Source of the DNA: Macrostomum lignano
Lineage: Eukaryota
Length of the DNA: 64,000 nucleotides
Reading direction: 5' to 3'
Assembly (NCBI GenBank): GCA_002269645.1
Contig: NIVC01002684.1
Location: forward strand, 47,674 to 111,673
The first letter of the stretch is position 1. The number at the start of each line of letters is the position of its first letter. Of this stretch, positions 50,795 to 63,383 are shown in pieces. Under the pieces are notes generated by a model. The model did not search any database. It saw nothing but the letters and a program-made list of their open reading frames with translations, and was not told where the DNA came from. The position numbers were made by a program, and so were the translations under genes.

Positions 50795-52086
50795 CAAGGG
50801 GGGTTCAAAAAGTTCTGTCGTTTGTACATTCAAACAAAAAATTTTGGGACAAGGCTACATTATTTTTCAACATAATCTCCTTGGCGATCAATACACTTCT
50901 GCCAACAGTCACGCAGCTCTTGGATGCTGCTGGTGTAGAAGGTTGCCATCTGGTCCTCCAGCCACTGGTTCACGAGGGCGATGACTTCCTCATTGGACTC
51001 AAAATGGCACCCTGGGAGTGGCTTCTTCAGCTGGCAAAACAAGTAGAAATCCGATGGGGCCAGGTCTGGTGAATAGGCAGGATGGGGCAGAATTTTGAAT
51101 CCTGCAGTGGTGGCAGCATTCACTGCAACTTGGGCTGTGTGAGCAGGGGCATTGTCATGAAGCAGCAGGGGGTGAGCACTCAACTTGCCTTGCCTCTTCC
51201 TGACAACTGCTTGACGAAGTTGGCCCAGCTGTTCAGTGTACCGCACACCTGTCACAGTATGCCCAACTGGCAAGTACTCAGCAAGCAGCATCCCCTGACA
51301 ATCCCAGAAGAAGCAGCCCAAGACCTTGTCAGCCGACTTCACTTGCTTGAACTTGCGAGGTGCATCTTCTCCTGGGCGCCGCCACTCCATGGAGTCACGC
51401 TTGGACTCAGGGTCGTAGTGGTGTAGCCAGCACTCATCCCCTGTTATGATTCGTCGCTCGAATCCATTTGGGTCCGTGTTGTATAGATCAAGCATGAAGC
51501 AGCTAGAGTTCACCCAATTCAGCTTATGGTCCCGCGAAAGCAATTGGGGCACCCAATGGGCACTGACTTTGTTGTATCCAAGGATTTGGTGCAGGATTTC
51601 CTCAACTGAACCAATTGAGATGCCAACAGTGTGTGCAATGCTGGCAACTCGAATTTGCCTATCTTCATCCAGGAGCTTGGCAACTGCATCAACTTTCTCC
51701 TGGTTGGCACTGGTAGCAGGGCGCCCACTCTGGGGGTCATCTTCGAGGGTCACCCTGCCTTGCTTAAATTCAGTATGGTGTCTCTCAATTGTGCGTAGAG
51801 ATGGGCAAGTTGCGGGGTACACAGACTTGATCTCTGCTTCAATCTCTGGTGGCTTTAATCCTTTTAAGGTAAAAAAAATTAATGAGAGCTCGATACTTCT
51901 GTTTCTCCATTTTGCTGAAAATGCAGGGGATGCCTTGAGTTCTTGCTGAAAAAATGACTTCAAAAACTGATAGAAGGTTGAACATTTGCCATATACACTC
52001 TATATAAAAGTACTATTCTAAACCAAAAATGTTTCATTAAAATATTGTGATATAGCCAAACGACAAAACTTTTTGAACCCCCCTCG
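50795..52086 (-). mobile_element. Full-length mariner transposon (1292 bp, irritans/Hsmar2-like TIR)
   Basis: 30-bp TIRs C(A/G)AGGGGGGTTCAAAAAGTT(C/T)TGTCGTTTG with 2 mismatches; TA duplications at 50793-50794 and 52087-52088. Confidence 0.93.
50860..51910 (-). pseudogene. Mariner D,D34D transposase with a +1 frameshift near codon 13-16
   Basis: WVP.LL, TGDE, HDNAPAH and YSPDLAPSD motifs with 34 residues between D2 and D3. The ATG at 51910 (MEKQKYRALINFF) is out of frame with the rest across a T8/A4 run. The ORF-track start at 51963 is TTG. Confidence 0.85.
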
Positions 52087-53611
52087 TATGTAGGTTAATG
52101 TACACAAACAACATGTATGACTATACATAATTCAACCGATTCTTAATAAATGTCTTGTCTTGTCTGTTTATAAATTGACATCAAGTCAAGACAACAGACA
52201 ATAGGAAATTAGGAATGGCAAGCCTGCTTGTTTTCATTGTAAAATGAATAAGTTTTAAAGTATTTTCGTTTGAGCACAATCATAGTCAGCAAAAAATTGG
52301 CCTTCATATATAACTATCATTTATACGAACTTCCCTCCGAATAAAAAAGAGGTCGGTCATGACATGAACTGTGAACTTTCGAAGAAAATATCAAGTCTTC
52401 TTTACTGTTGAAATTAAACCGCTTATAACAATAATATAATATATTTTAATATTTATTGGAGCAAAATATTTTTAGACTTTTAGGATGAAAAAAGATTGGC
52501 TTATGCTTGCTAGTTAAAAACTTAAGAATCCGAGGAGTTTCAGTTCCAAAATTGGCAAGTCGTCCCTAGATGTCAAGCGAATCTGCAAGCCCTCAACCTC
52601 GTCAAACAAAAGTAATTAGTGACTTTTCGCGAAGCACGACTCAAGAACCAAAATATTATATAATATACACGTACTCCCAGGTGTAAACATGTAATACATG
52701 TAGATATACCTCATGATCACTGCCACGCATTTCACAAGACATGTATTGCAGCTAGTACGTAGATATGATATGTAAGCTGTCCTAGAACTTTCAAGCTCAC
52801 TGTACAATGCATATGCGACTGGACAAAAAAGCACATATATTTATGATTTGGCGAGCCTTATAGTTAAAGACATTTAACAAATCAATGTGCCGATTCTTTA
52901 ATGAATAAAAGAATTAAATTCATTTTGCTAGGTGCTATCGGAGCGCCGGTGTCGGATCGGAATGCATTGCAATAACATGCTCAGTGTTTTTATGCATGTA
53001 CAAGTACACATGTATATATTTTACGTACATACTTTATATGTGCCTGACTGGTAACTATGTTTATTAATAACTGGTGCTTGATCGAAAAATCTTTTATTAT
53101 CTTTTAATATTTAAAGGCTCTATATTATATCAATACACACCACCAACAACAACAAAAGTACATGTATGCCAGATTGTCAGTGTGATTTTTGTGACCATAC
53201 CGACTTTTACAAAAAATTGCTGTGCATGTTATTAGTACATATCAGTCAGTTGATAGCTCATGCAATTGATTGTATGAAAGAGCTCCTTTAGGGTATAGCC
53301 ACAGGCCCCATCTCCATCAATAATTTGCTAGTTATTGAACACTTGTGATGAATATATTTTGTTATACAGCTTCCTAAGTTCCTACATGTTAAAAACGGCA
53401 AAGTATGTACAAGTAACTTATCGAATTAATAGATAAAATACATGAAGAAAAGCTTTGCAATTTTAGTTATTGAATTTCATTAACCACGCACCGCACACAT
53501 CGGAAAAATGACACCACTGTCCTGTTCTTTTCCGCACAAGCTGAGTCACAGAACGCATCTCCATAGAATACGCAATCAGGATAGTCGGCTAGCTGGCTGC
53601 AGTCGTCCGAA

Positions 53612-53740
53612 TCACCACCAGGATCTGAAGACGTCTCCCATAGCTAATATGATGAAGATAGTAATAGCCATTGCTATGCAGGTTATAATAGCAATGAATA
53701 TCTGGAATTTGGTCTCGCAGCAGCACTTTATCCAAGCCAT
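53612..53740 (-). CDS. Candidate 42-aa single-TM micropeptide
   Basis: MAWIKCCCETKFQIFIAIITCIAMAITIFIILAMGDVFRSWW*; TATA-like cataaaaag about 70 nt upstream. No homology recognised. Confidence 0.4.
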   Translation of the reverse strand: MAWIKCCCETKFQIFIAIITCIAMAITIFIILAMGDVFRSWW

Positions 53741-55148
53741 TGGTGCTCGATCAGGTCCGGCAAAATTGCCAGACACGCGCGGGCATATAATTTTTTCTGG
53801 CACGACTTTTTATGATCGCAAGTCAACTTGATGCGGTCGTGCGCGTCAGCTATAGCTGAAAGCCCATTGGTTCCCTTGAGTCAGGCCTAGCAAACACACA
53901 AGAGAATGCTATATGCACGCCGCCCGTGTTAACGAAGCGCACCAAGTGAACTATTAAAGTTAATATATAGCGCAGGAGAAGAGGCTGCCGGGGCGCGTGG
54001 CAAAGGAAGCCCGAACAATGCACACTCGTGTTTCCATTATTAACTGATTTTAGTTCAAGGTGAGGCAGAAGACTGCAACCAGCTATAAGGGGGCTGGAAT
54101 CAAGGAGTGGAATAGGAGACGGGGGACCCAGAGAAAAGAGCTTAATACTTCACCTCTTCTATCGCATCCCATTCTTTGCTGTTGCCGGGCAAGAAGCTGC
54201 CGAGTCCGGCCGATGGAGATGAAAGCCGACAGGAAGCTGGAAAACACGGGTCTCAATCCGTGCCGTTCCCGCGTCTAAATAGCGAGTAGAGCCGTTCGTA
54301 GCAAAGCCGGCATCGAGACTGACTGACTTTGATAAAGTGCTCAGCACTTCCTGAGAGAAACCCGTAGGTTTGGGATCGGGATATCTGGCGCTAATGGACA
54401 CATTTTATAGTTTAAACTGGGAACGATTTATGAGCTTCCTTTACTGCACGGCAACTTAGAAGGGGCAGATATGGCTTTCCTTGCGACTAAACCATCACTG
54501 AACATTCCAACGTGAGCTTGAAGGAGCCCCGACAACAACTCCTGGCTAACGACTCAAACAGTTCTCTGCACTTTTATCAACCGATTAAGCCAAAAGATTT
54601 ACTTTGGCAAAATTATTTTCTTTTATAAACTTTCCAGCTGGAACGCATAGCTATCAAACGACGACCGCAAAAAATGATAGAAACCGTTTGATCTGTCTAT
54701 TGCCTTTGTGACAAGCAGTTTTGTCCTTGTATCCTCAAAGCGATTGATTATTGCAGAATTATTTTTTCCGTTTGGAAAACTCAGAGGGAGCGGTCGCTTG
54801 GACCTGTACAATGCTTGACTGACAAAGCTCCAATCTACAGCGGTGCATTAAATGATATACTATACGCACGTAGCTCTATTTGCACTTTTGCTGCAAGACA
54901 CGATACGCCAAAAAGATACTAATAAACCTTTATTCCCAAGTCAGCCCAGAGGAACCGGCACAGCCATAGACATAAATGAGCCGGCCGCCCTCTCCCTATC
55001 TATCTAGTCCCGGCTGCAGCTGCCCAAGCAAGCCAGAGAGAAACTAATCCGAGGACCAGCGAACGAAGGGCACACCTTGCTCGCGTCCGTGCAATTCGTC
55101 TGATTGCTAACTAGACTCGAGAAAGAGCGCTAGAGAAAGCCAGGCACA

Positions 55149-55769
55149 ATGTCGTGCGGTGCCTTTGGTGGCAGCGGCAGCTGCGGCGGCGGTGGAGGCG
55201 TCGGCGGCGGCGGCGGCGGCGGCAGCATCGGCATGCCGGGAGGCTTTGCCGCGCCGCGTCGTTACGCCGACCGAGGATTCTTTGATCCGTTCTGCATGCC
55301 CGTAGAGAACAGCCGGTGCGAGCCCAGCTGCTATTTCAATCCGTTTGTCCACGCCCAGTGCCTCGGAGTCGACATGAACATGGATGGCTTCCGTAAAGAC
55401 ATTCTCAAGTGCCAGGAAGACTACAAGAAGGCCGTCTGGGCGGTATTGAAGAAGTACGCCGTTGGAGAGGGCTCGAACAAGAGTAATAGTAACAGTAACA
55501 TGAACAACAGCCTCAGCAACCACATCAACAGCATGATGGCCGGCTTCGATGCCATGAACAAAAATGGCAACAATATGTCCGGCTTCAACCAAGTGCATCC
55601 CAACAGCAACAACATGAACGTGATGAACATGATGGACGTGCTCAACCCGGATGTTGGCGGCTTCTTCGGCGGAAACTCAGCCAATGCCAGGCGCAGCAGA
55701 AGCAGCGGCTTCCATCTCGATGATCCGCGATTCACGGGCGTATTTAGGAACCAGCTGCCGCCGATGTGA
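55149..55769 (+). CDS. Single-exon 206-aa protein with Gly-rich N-terminus, Cys/aromatic core and Asn/Met-rich low-complexity C-half
   Basis: Long non-repeat ORF with strong C/G third-position bias; start context cacaATGt. Family not recognised. Confidence 0.65.
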   Translation: MSCGAFGGSGSCGGGGGVGGGGGGGSIGMPGGFAAPRRYADRGFFDPFCMPVENSRCEPSCYFNPFVHAQCLGVDMNMDGFRKDILKCQEDYKKAVWAVLKKYAVGEGSNKSNSNSNMNNSLSNHINSMMAGFDAMNKNGNNMSGFNQVHPNSNNMNVMNMMDVLNPDVGGFFGGNSANARRSRSSGFHLDDPRFTGVFRNQLPPM

Positions 55770-56366
55770 CGCTGGGAAGCAGTGCAGCACCGCGGCGGAT
55801 CATCGCATCAAGAAAAATGAACAGCCTCGATTTTTTCCAGCACATCGCACGACTCAACCAGTTTTTATTTGGCCAAGTCCCTTATCTTCAGGAAAAGTCA
55901 GTTTTTCACGGACTGTCTGAAGCAGTATTTTTTGTCCTCTACGCCATCAATTATTTTTCTTGAATTTGTTGAAGAAACTGTTAACCGCCTCCGGGTCGCA
56001 GCCTTATTCGTAACCGACTCTGGGCCCCGCTAATTCGTTAATCACTACTAAATACACGTACACTCGCGCAGTCAAGAGGAATTGCCTTCTTTTATGCCGA
56101 GCTTCCAACTTGGCGTCGCTAAAATATTTTATAGTGGCCGCGGCCGGCCGTTTGCAGCCAAATTAAATTTGTCTTGTACTTTTTGTGGCTCCATTTAATT
56201 GGGAAACTTCATGGAATTGAGACGTTTTATGATTATCTAGGCCAGCTATACTAAACGTCTTAGATTTTGAGCTCTACCAATACTTACGAGTACATACTTA
56301 CAGTTCCTGGCGACACTAGTACGGTACCTATTCGGTGTGTGTGCACAGTTGATGCCGATACTTGTA

Positions 56367-57117
56367 CAAGGGCCGATCAGGAGCTTTATTTTTTACATGC
56401 TTATAGAAAAATATCTCAGAGATTCAATGCTCTTGATTTTCAAAACAATATAGCTCATACTGCGGTATTCGTCCGCTAGAGGCTTGTAACCATCCAGCGC
56501 GATCACATTGGCCTGAGGAAGCTGACGAGTAGAAACAGGCTGAACTGGTGCCGCCACATTGTGACATGTGACGAGACTTGTGTGTACTGCTGTGGATCCC
56601 AGGGTGAGTGCCAGTCTCAGGTCTCAAGTCAACGAAGGTGCTGCACACCAAGAGCACTACCAGCAAGCAAGTAGTCTCCACTTTTTTCCGTCGCTTGGGT
56701 CACGTAGCGACTTTGCAGCTGCCAGACCAACGGACAGTGACTGTGGCTTGGTACACAGGCTTCTGCTTGCCCCAGGTTTTCCGCAGCTTGAGTAGGCGAG
56801 TGCTCACGCGGCCCAGGCAAACAAGACAGTTCTTGAAGGCGCATGGACTGCAGTTGACCAGCCAATCGCCTTACTCACACCTGACTTGGCACCGTGTGAC
56901 TTTTTTTCTGAAAAATTCAAAATCTGCATGGCCAGCGATTTTCAACTGCAGAGGAGGCTGCTGCTGATGCATTTGATGAGGCAGTGGATGGGTGTCTAAT
57001 TCTGAGTGGCACCACTGCTTTCACTCGTAGTTTAAAGAAATGAAGCGCCGTGTACAAGCTGATGGAGAGTACTTTTAAAAGTTGTTTAGAAGTGTGCACA
57101 ATTCCTGTCGATGCTTG
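56367..57117 (+). mobile_element. Degenerate, internally deleted mariner relic
   Basis: Fragments in mixed frames (HIGLRKL, TVTVAWYT..CLPQV, PYS/PDLAPCDFF, GEYF). Weak TIRs caagggccgatcagga and cctgtcgatgcttg, flanked by TA. Confidence 0.65.
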
Positions 57118-58430
57118 TACGGTATCTAGGTTATGTACATGTACTGACTTGTACTATAGTTACCTGTCGGTGATACTTGCTAAGTACTTCGAAGGTACCT
57201 TCGACTTCGTAATTTTTTTCCCATTTAAATTACACTTGAGCAGTCAAGCTTCCTCTCTGCGCCTTGGTGGTTGACCCTCGTGCGTGTGAATCGAAAGACA
57301 AGCTAAAGGCCAATTTCTGAGCACAAACTCCAAATGTATGTACGGTATGTCTGAACCAGGGGTTCTTGTGCAATAGTCAGCTGGTGCGTTTAACACTGAT
57401 CTGCTCTGTCCCTTACACAATGCTTGCTGGTGCTGGTAATTTCGCTGCACCTGATCGCCTCCCTTGCTTATGGTAACAGTATCTAGATTATAATATCACT
57501 CACTAAGGTGGACTGTTAGGGATGCGGCTGTTTCAGTCGATCTAACGGGTTGAAACACTTTGTCAACTTGTTAAGTAGTGCTAGTCGGTGCAATTTCGCA
57601 ATTAATTTATGGCAACTTTGTCGGCAGTTTATTGACACAGTTTGATCCACACGGTAAATGCTTTTGGGGTAAATTGTCTATCAGTAAAAGCACTAGAATT
57701 GTAAAATAACTTCATGTAACAGGTCAGGTCCTCCAGTCAGTCAGTAGGTACCGGAATTGGAGTTTAACTACAGCGCGTCACGGTCCTCACTATAGCCTGG
57801 GAGTTGCATTTCAGAGCCTACTTCAGTAGCTGAGAACAATATCCGCCCTGGGACCCCGGGAGAGAGGGAGAGAGACCACAATTGCTCGAGCAACACTAGA
57901 GGAGTCGATCAGTGGTGCCACCCCCTCCCTAAAGCCAGTGCAAATTCAGTCTGCTCATTCTGCTGCGCAGCTACCAGAGTAGAAAATCAAGTAGTAAATT
58001 TGAAGCGCCACACAATGGATAGAAGACTGCTACAGCTGGTGAGAAGTGACCGGCAGTCTGTCAGAGGCTGCAGTATGGCCTGATCGATTGCAGAATGGGC
58101 CGAGGGAGCGAACTGTTGCACCCTCGGATCCTACAGTTGTTCTGGTCTTCCCTGCATTCGACTCCCCTCAATTCTCTTGTGGTGGCCGGGGGCAGTGCCG
58201 GCAAACTGACCACCAATGAGTGCGCAGTGCAACTGGCTGCGGTCGACAAAAATCGAGCGAATGTTTTTTCCACTCAAAATCCGAAGTTGCTTCTCTCTGC
58301 GCCACTCTCTAGCTGGCAATCGCACTTCCGCTTTTGAAGCAATCAGTTCTGCAACAGAGACAGGCCGTAGCTTATCGGTTGCCAGGGTGGGCCGTTCCAG
58401 CACAGACGGTAAGTAGCGGCCAGAGTGTTC

Positions 58431-59036
<606 letters not shown>

Positions 59037-59684
59037 GGAACCATTAAAAGTAAATAAATCTGGCAAAGAATCAATGGAAAGTTTTTGGAGTCAGACAGAA
59101 TCCCATAATGGGAACATTCAGAATTCAGAAATGGATATTTCTCAGTCATTCAAATTCTGCCAATCACTGGCAGCTGCCTGCCGGACCCTTGAAGCCGAAT
59201 GAGTTTCCAACTGATTTCTTAGAAAATGGTCGGAATTTTCCGGGTCATTTCATGGAGAAATAGGTGTGCTAGATAAAGTCTGAGAGACAGGCGGCGCAGC
59301 CCCTGGCTCCATCGGACAGACACGAGGGCACGATGTGGCACGGAGGCTGGGGCAGATGTGAGAGAGAGGATAATTCCAGAGGATAAAGCCGCATGCCATG
59401 TCCAGATGATGGACGGGAGCGGCCGCATAAATCCTTGGAACACTGCTGAGTGCGTGTCAGGTGCCGCCCGTCAGAACTCGATGTCGAATATCGCATCGAA
59501 AGCAGCGAGATAATGAAAAGTGCATGGTAAAATAAACACGTCAGTTCATTAGCCTCCCAAAACCTCACCTGTGCCTGTTTTGCAGGAGTTCGCTATTTTC
59601 ATTATTTGTATCTTCTTTCCTGGCTTCTAATGGCCGCAGACCCAGTTATCGCTCAAACTTTCAGCTCCATACGACACGTATCTG

Positions 59685-59796
59685 ATGAGGATGCGACTTG
59701 CAGAACTGCTGTTGCTGTGCCTGGCGACTGCCTTCAGCAGCTGCTTGACGGCTGCACTCGGCCTTCAAACTGAAGATGACAAAGTCTTCAGAGTGG
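59685..59796 (+). CDS. Kainate-like ionotropic glutamate receptor, exon 1 (signal peptide)
   Basis: MRMRLAELLLLCLATAFSSCLTAALGLQTEDDKVFRV G|gtgagt, phase 1. Confidence 0.75.
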
Positions 59797-59806
59797 GTGA
59801 GTTGCT

Positions 59807-59837
59807 GTCTTAGTGTCTGTCTGTCTGTCTGTCTTAG

Positions 59838-59908
<71 letters not shown>

Positions 59909-59997
59909 ATGTCTGTCTGTCTGTCTGTCTATCTGTCTGTCTGTATGTCTGTCTGTCTGTCTGTCTGTATGTCTGTCTGTCTGTCTGTCTGTTTTAG

Positions 59998-60042
<45 letters not shown>

Positions 60043-60043
60043 T

Positions 60044-60080
<37 letters not shown>

Positions 60081-60209
60081 ATGTCTGTCTGTCTGTCTGT
60101 CTGTATGTCTGTCTGTCTGTCTGTCTGTCTGTATGTCTGTCTGTTTGTCTGTCTGTATGTCTGTCTGTCTGTCTGTCTGTCTTAGTGTCTGTCTGTCTGT
60201 CTGTCTGTC
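59807..60209. repeat. (TGTC)n microsatellite with TTAGTG interruptions, iGluR intron 1
   Basis: Directly visible. Confidence 0.95.
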
Positions 60210-60232
60210 AGACATCCAACCCGGAACCTCAG

Positions 60233-60397
60233 GCGCGGTGCTCGAGTCGGGCGACACTGTGTTGGAGATCGCGCTCAGGCGGGCAGTCGAGGTGGCCAAC
60301 GGAGTGCTTGACCGCAGCAAAAACCTGCACGGCTACCGGCTAGTGCCAGACATTCGCCGGATCTCCGATTCCGACTCGTTCAACGCGTCCCTTGAAG
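60233..60397 (+). CDS. iGluR exon 2 (start of the amino-terminal domain)
   Basis: [23 protein letters not shown]...[12 protein letters not shown]; cag| acceptor and |gtgagc donor, phase 1-1. Confidence 0.8.
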
Positions 60398-60497
60398 GTG
60401 AGCGAAACTCCAACTGCTACTCCAGCTGCCACTCCAACTGCCACTCCAACTGCTATTCTAACTGCCACTCCAACTGCTCCCCATTCTTGCACTCCAG

Positions 60498-60755
60498 TTT
60501 GCTCCCTGCTGGAGACCGGCGTGGTTGCCATTGTGGGCCCAACCTCCGGCCAGGCCTCCGAGCAGGTGCGCTCCGTGTGCGAGTACTTCGCTGTGCCGCA
60601 CATCGAGACCACCTGGAACTACCGGCTGCCCAGGCCCAACCACTACACAGTGAATCTCAGTCCGCACTTTGAGACCTACAGCCAGGCGCTCAGCGACTAC
60701 ATCAAGACCATGGTGCCCGCGACTAGGACTGCCGTCATCTATGATGACCCCGACT
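60498..60755 (+). CDS. iGluR exon 3
   Basis: [40 protein letters not shown]...AVIYDD matches the kainate-type ATD pattern (GVAAIFGP...VQSIC...VPHI). Confidence 0.88.
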
Positions 60756-60789
60756 GTGAGCGGCTCTCGCTGGTCACTAAACTCGATCA

Positions 60790-61285
60790 TAATCTCACTT
60801 ATGACCTCACTTATGACCTCACTTATGACCTCACTCACGACCTCACTCATGACCTAAGTTATGAACTCACTCATGACCTCACTTATGACCTCACTCATGA
60901 CCTCACTTATGACCTCACTCACGACCTCACTCATGACCTAAGTTATGAACTCACTCATGACCTCACTCACGACCTCACTCATGACCTCACTCATGACCTC
61001 ACTTATGGCCTCACTTATGACCTCACTCATAACCTCACTCACAACCTCACTCATGACCTCACTTATGACCTCACTAATGAACTTACTTTTGACCTCACTA
61101 ATGACATCACTCATGACTTCAATAACGACCTCACTTATGACCTCACTAACGACCTCACTTATGACCTCACTTATGACCTCACTTATGACCTCAATAATGA
61201 ACTTACTTTTGACCTCACTAACGACTTCACTCATTAACTCACTCATGATCTCGTTCATGAGCTCACTCATGAACTCACTCACCCA
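60790..61285. repeat. 12-bp minisatellite (ctcactcatgac / ctcacttatgac), iGluR intron 3
   Basis: Directly visible. Confidence 0.93.
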
Positions 61286-61325
61286 CTAATCATCCGATCC
61301 CCGCATCCCGCCGAACCCACCGCAG

Positions 61326-61496
61326 CACTGCTGAAATTCGAAGGTCTTTTAAACGCAGCTGACTCGCCCGTGCTTGTGCGCCAATGGCCAAGCGGTCCGG
61401 CACCTACAAATACGTGATGAAGGAGCTGCGAGCGGCGCGAATTTCCAGATTCCTAGTCGACATCCCGTCAAGAAGTTGGTTCGATTTATGATCATT
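61326..61496 (+). CDS. iGluR exon 4 (two apparent 1-nt deletions)
   Basis: LLKFEGLL...VRQW / KRSGTYKYVMKELRAARISRFLVDIP / VKKLVRFMII is read across three frames, with canonical splice sites. Confidence 0.65.
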
Positions 61497-61599
61497 GTGA
61501 GTAATGCCCTTACCTTTAGTCCATGGCTTAATATACAAGCAGGTCCTATTAAAATGCACCAACTCATCAATATTTGACTTACCAACTGAAAACCTACAG

Positions 61600-61653
61600 G
61601 CTAAAGAAATGAACATGACTTCTGAGTACAATAGCTACATTTTCACAGCATGG
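61600..61653 (+). CDS. iGluR exon 5 (54 nt)
   Basis: cag|AKEMNMTSEYNSYIFTAW|gtaagc resembles the kainate GMMTEYYHYIFT segment. Confidence 0.8.
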
Positions 61654-61794
61654 GTAAGCGAAATGGTTGTAGATTGAACGAGTGAATGAGTAAGAGATTG
61701 AGTTCATGAGTGAGTTGTTGAGTGAGTTGATGAGTAAAATCATCAGGTCATTAGCGAGTTCATGGGGTCCATAAGTGAGTTCGTGGGATCATGA

Positions 61795-62340
61795 GTTTAT
61801 GGATCAAGAGTTCACGGGTCATGAGTGAGTTCATGGGGTCATGAGTGAGTTCATGGGGTCATGAGTGAGTTCATGGGGTCATGAGTGATTTCATGGGATC
61901 ATGAGTGAGTTCATATGGTCATGAGTGAGTTCATGGGGTCATGAGTGAGTTCATGGATCATGAGTGAGTTCAGGGGTCATGAGTGAGTTCATGGGATCAT
62001 GAGTGAGTTCATAGGATCATGAGTGAGTTCATGGGTAATGAGTGAGTTCATGGGTAATGAGTGAGTTCATGGGGTCATGAGTGAGTTCATATGGTCATGA
62101 GTGAGTTCATGGGGTCATGAGTGAGTTCATGGGGTCATGAGTGAGTTCATGGGGTCATGAGTGAGTTCATGGGGTCATGAGTGAGTTCATGGGGTCATGA
62201 GTGAGTTCATGGGGTCATGAGGAGTTCATGGGGTCATGAGTGAGTTCATGGTGTCATGAGTGAGTTCATGGTGTCATGAGTGAGTTCATGGGTCATGAGT
62301 GAGTTCATCGGGTCATGAGTGAGTTCATCGGGTCATGAGT
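61795..62340. repeat. 20-bp minisatellite (catgagtgagttcatggggt), iGluR intron 5
   Basis: Directly visible. Confidence 0.93.
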
Positions 62341-62360
62341 TTCCCCCCACAAAACCGCAG

Positions 62361-62552
62361 GACGTGAACCGCGTCGATCTGTCCGACTTTCAAGTCATTC
62401 GCGCGCTCAAATTTCTCACGCTGACTCTGCTGCCTTCGTGCCTCCGGACGCCAAGTACGACCGCGGCCCCATCGTTGAGCAAATGAGAAACGAAATCTAC
62501 GGGCTGAGCGGAGAAGAGGGACTACAGCAGCCTGCTGTTCAACATGCTGCCC
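62361..62552 (+). CDS. iGluR exon 6 (at least two compensating indels)
   Basis: DVNRVDLSDF ... PIVEQMRNEIY ... DYSSLLFNMLP|gtgagg; the first frame stops internally. Confidence 0.55.
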
Positions 62553-62567
62553 GTGAGGCTCATGGGC

Positions 62568-63293
62568 TCATTCACACAGCATCAGACTGCTTCATTCACA
62601 CAGCACCAAATTCCATTCACACAGCATCAGACTCTTCATTCACACAGCATCAGACCCTTCATTCACACAGCATCAGACTCTTAATTCACACAGCTCCGAA
62701 TTCCCATTCACACAGCACCAGACTCTTCATTCACACAGCTCCGAATTCCCATTCACACAGCATCAGACTCTTCATTCACACAGCATCAGACTCTTCATTC
62801 CACACAGCATCAGACTCTTCATTCACACAGCTCCGAATTCCCATTCACATAGCACCAGACTCTTCATTCACACAGCTCCGAATTCCATTCACATTCCATT
62901 CACATAGCATCAGACCCTTCATTCACACAGCATCAGACTCTTAATTCACCAGCTCTCCGAATTCCATTCACACAGCAGCAGACTCTTCATTCACACAGCT
63001 CCGAATTCCCATTCACACAGCAGCAGACTCTTCATTCACACAGCTCCGAATTCCCATTCACACAGCACCAGACTCTTCATTCACACAGCTCCGAATTCCC
63101 ATTCACACAGCATCAGACCCTTCATTCACACAGCATCAGACTCTTAATTCACACAGCTCCGAATTCCCATTCACACAGCAGCAGACTCTTCATTCACACA
63201 GCTCCGAATTCCCATTCACACAGCAGCAGACTCTTCATTCACACAGCTCCGAATTCCCATTCACACAGCATCAGACCCTTCATTCACACAGCT
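62568..63293. repeat. Alternating 22/23-bp minisatellite with core attcacacagc, iGluR intron 6
   Basis: Directly visible. Confidence 0.92.
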
Positions 63294-63383
63294 TTAAAAT
63301 CTAACACAGCTCAATCCTGGCATTAGAAGACCCCGTATTTCCGACAGCCGCCCCTTCCCTTCTCCCCTTTGGCCATCCGACAG

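Noticed and set aside
51911-51963. N-terminal extension of the 367-aa transposase ORF
   Set aside because: It starts at TTG. The mariner-like N-terminus begins at the ATG at 51910 in another frame.
60756-61237. (DLTH/DLTY)n extension of the iGluR ORF
   Set aside because: Read-through into the intron-3 minisatellite past the donor at 60756.
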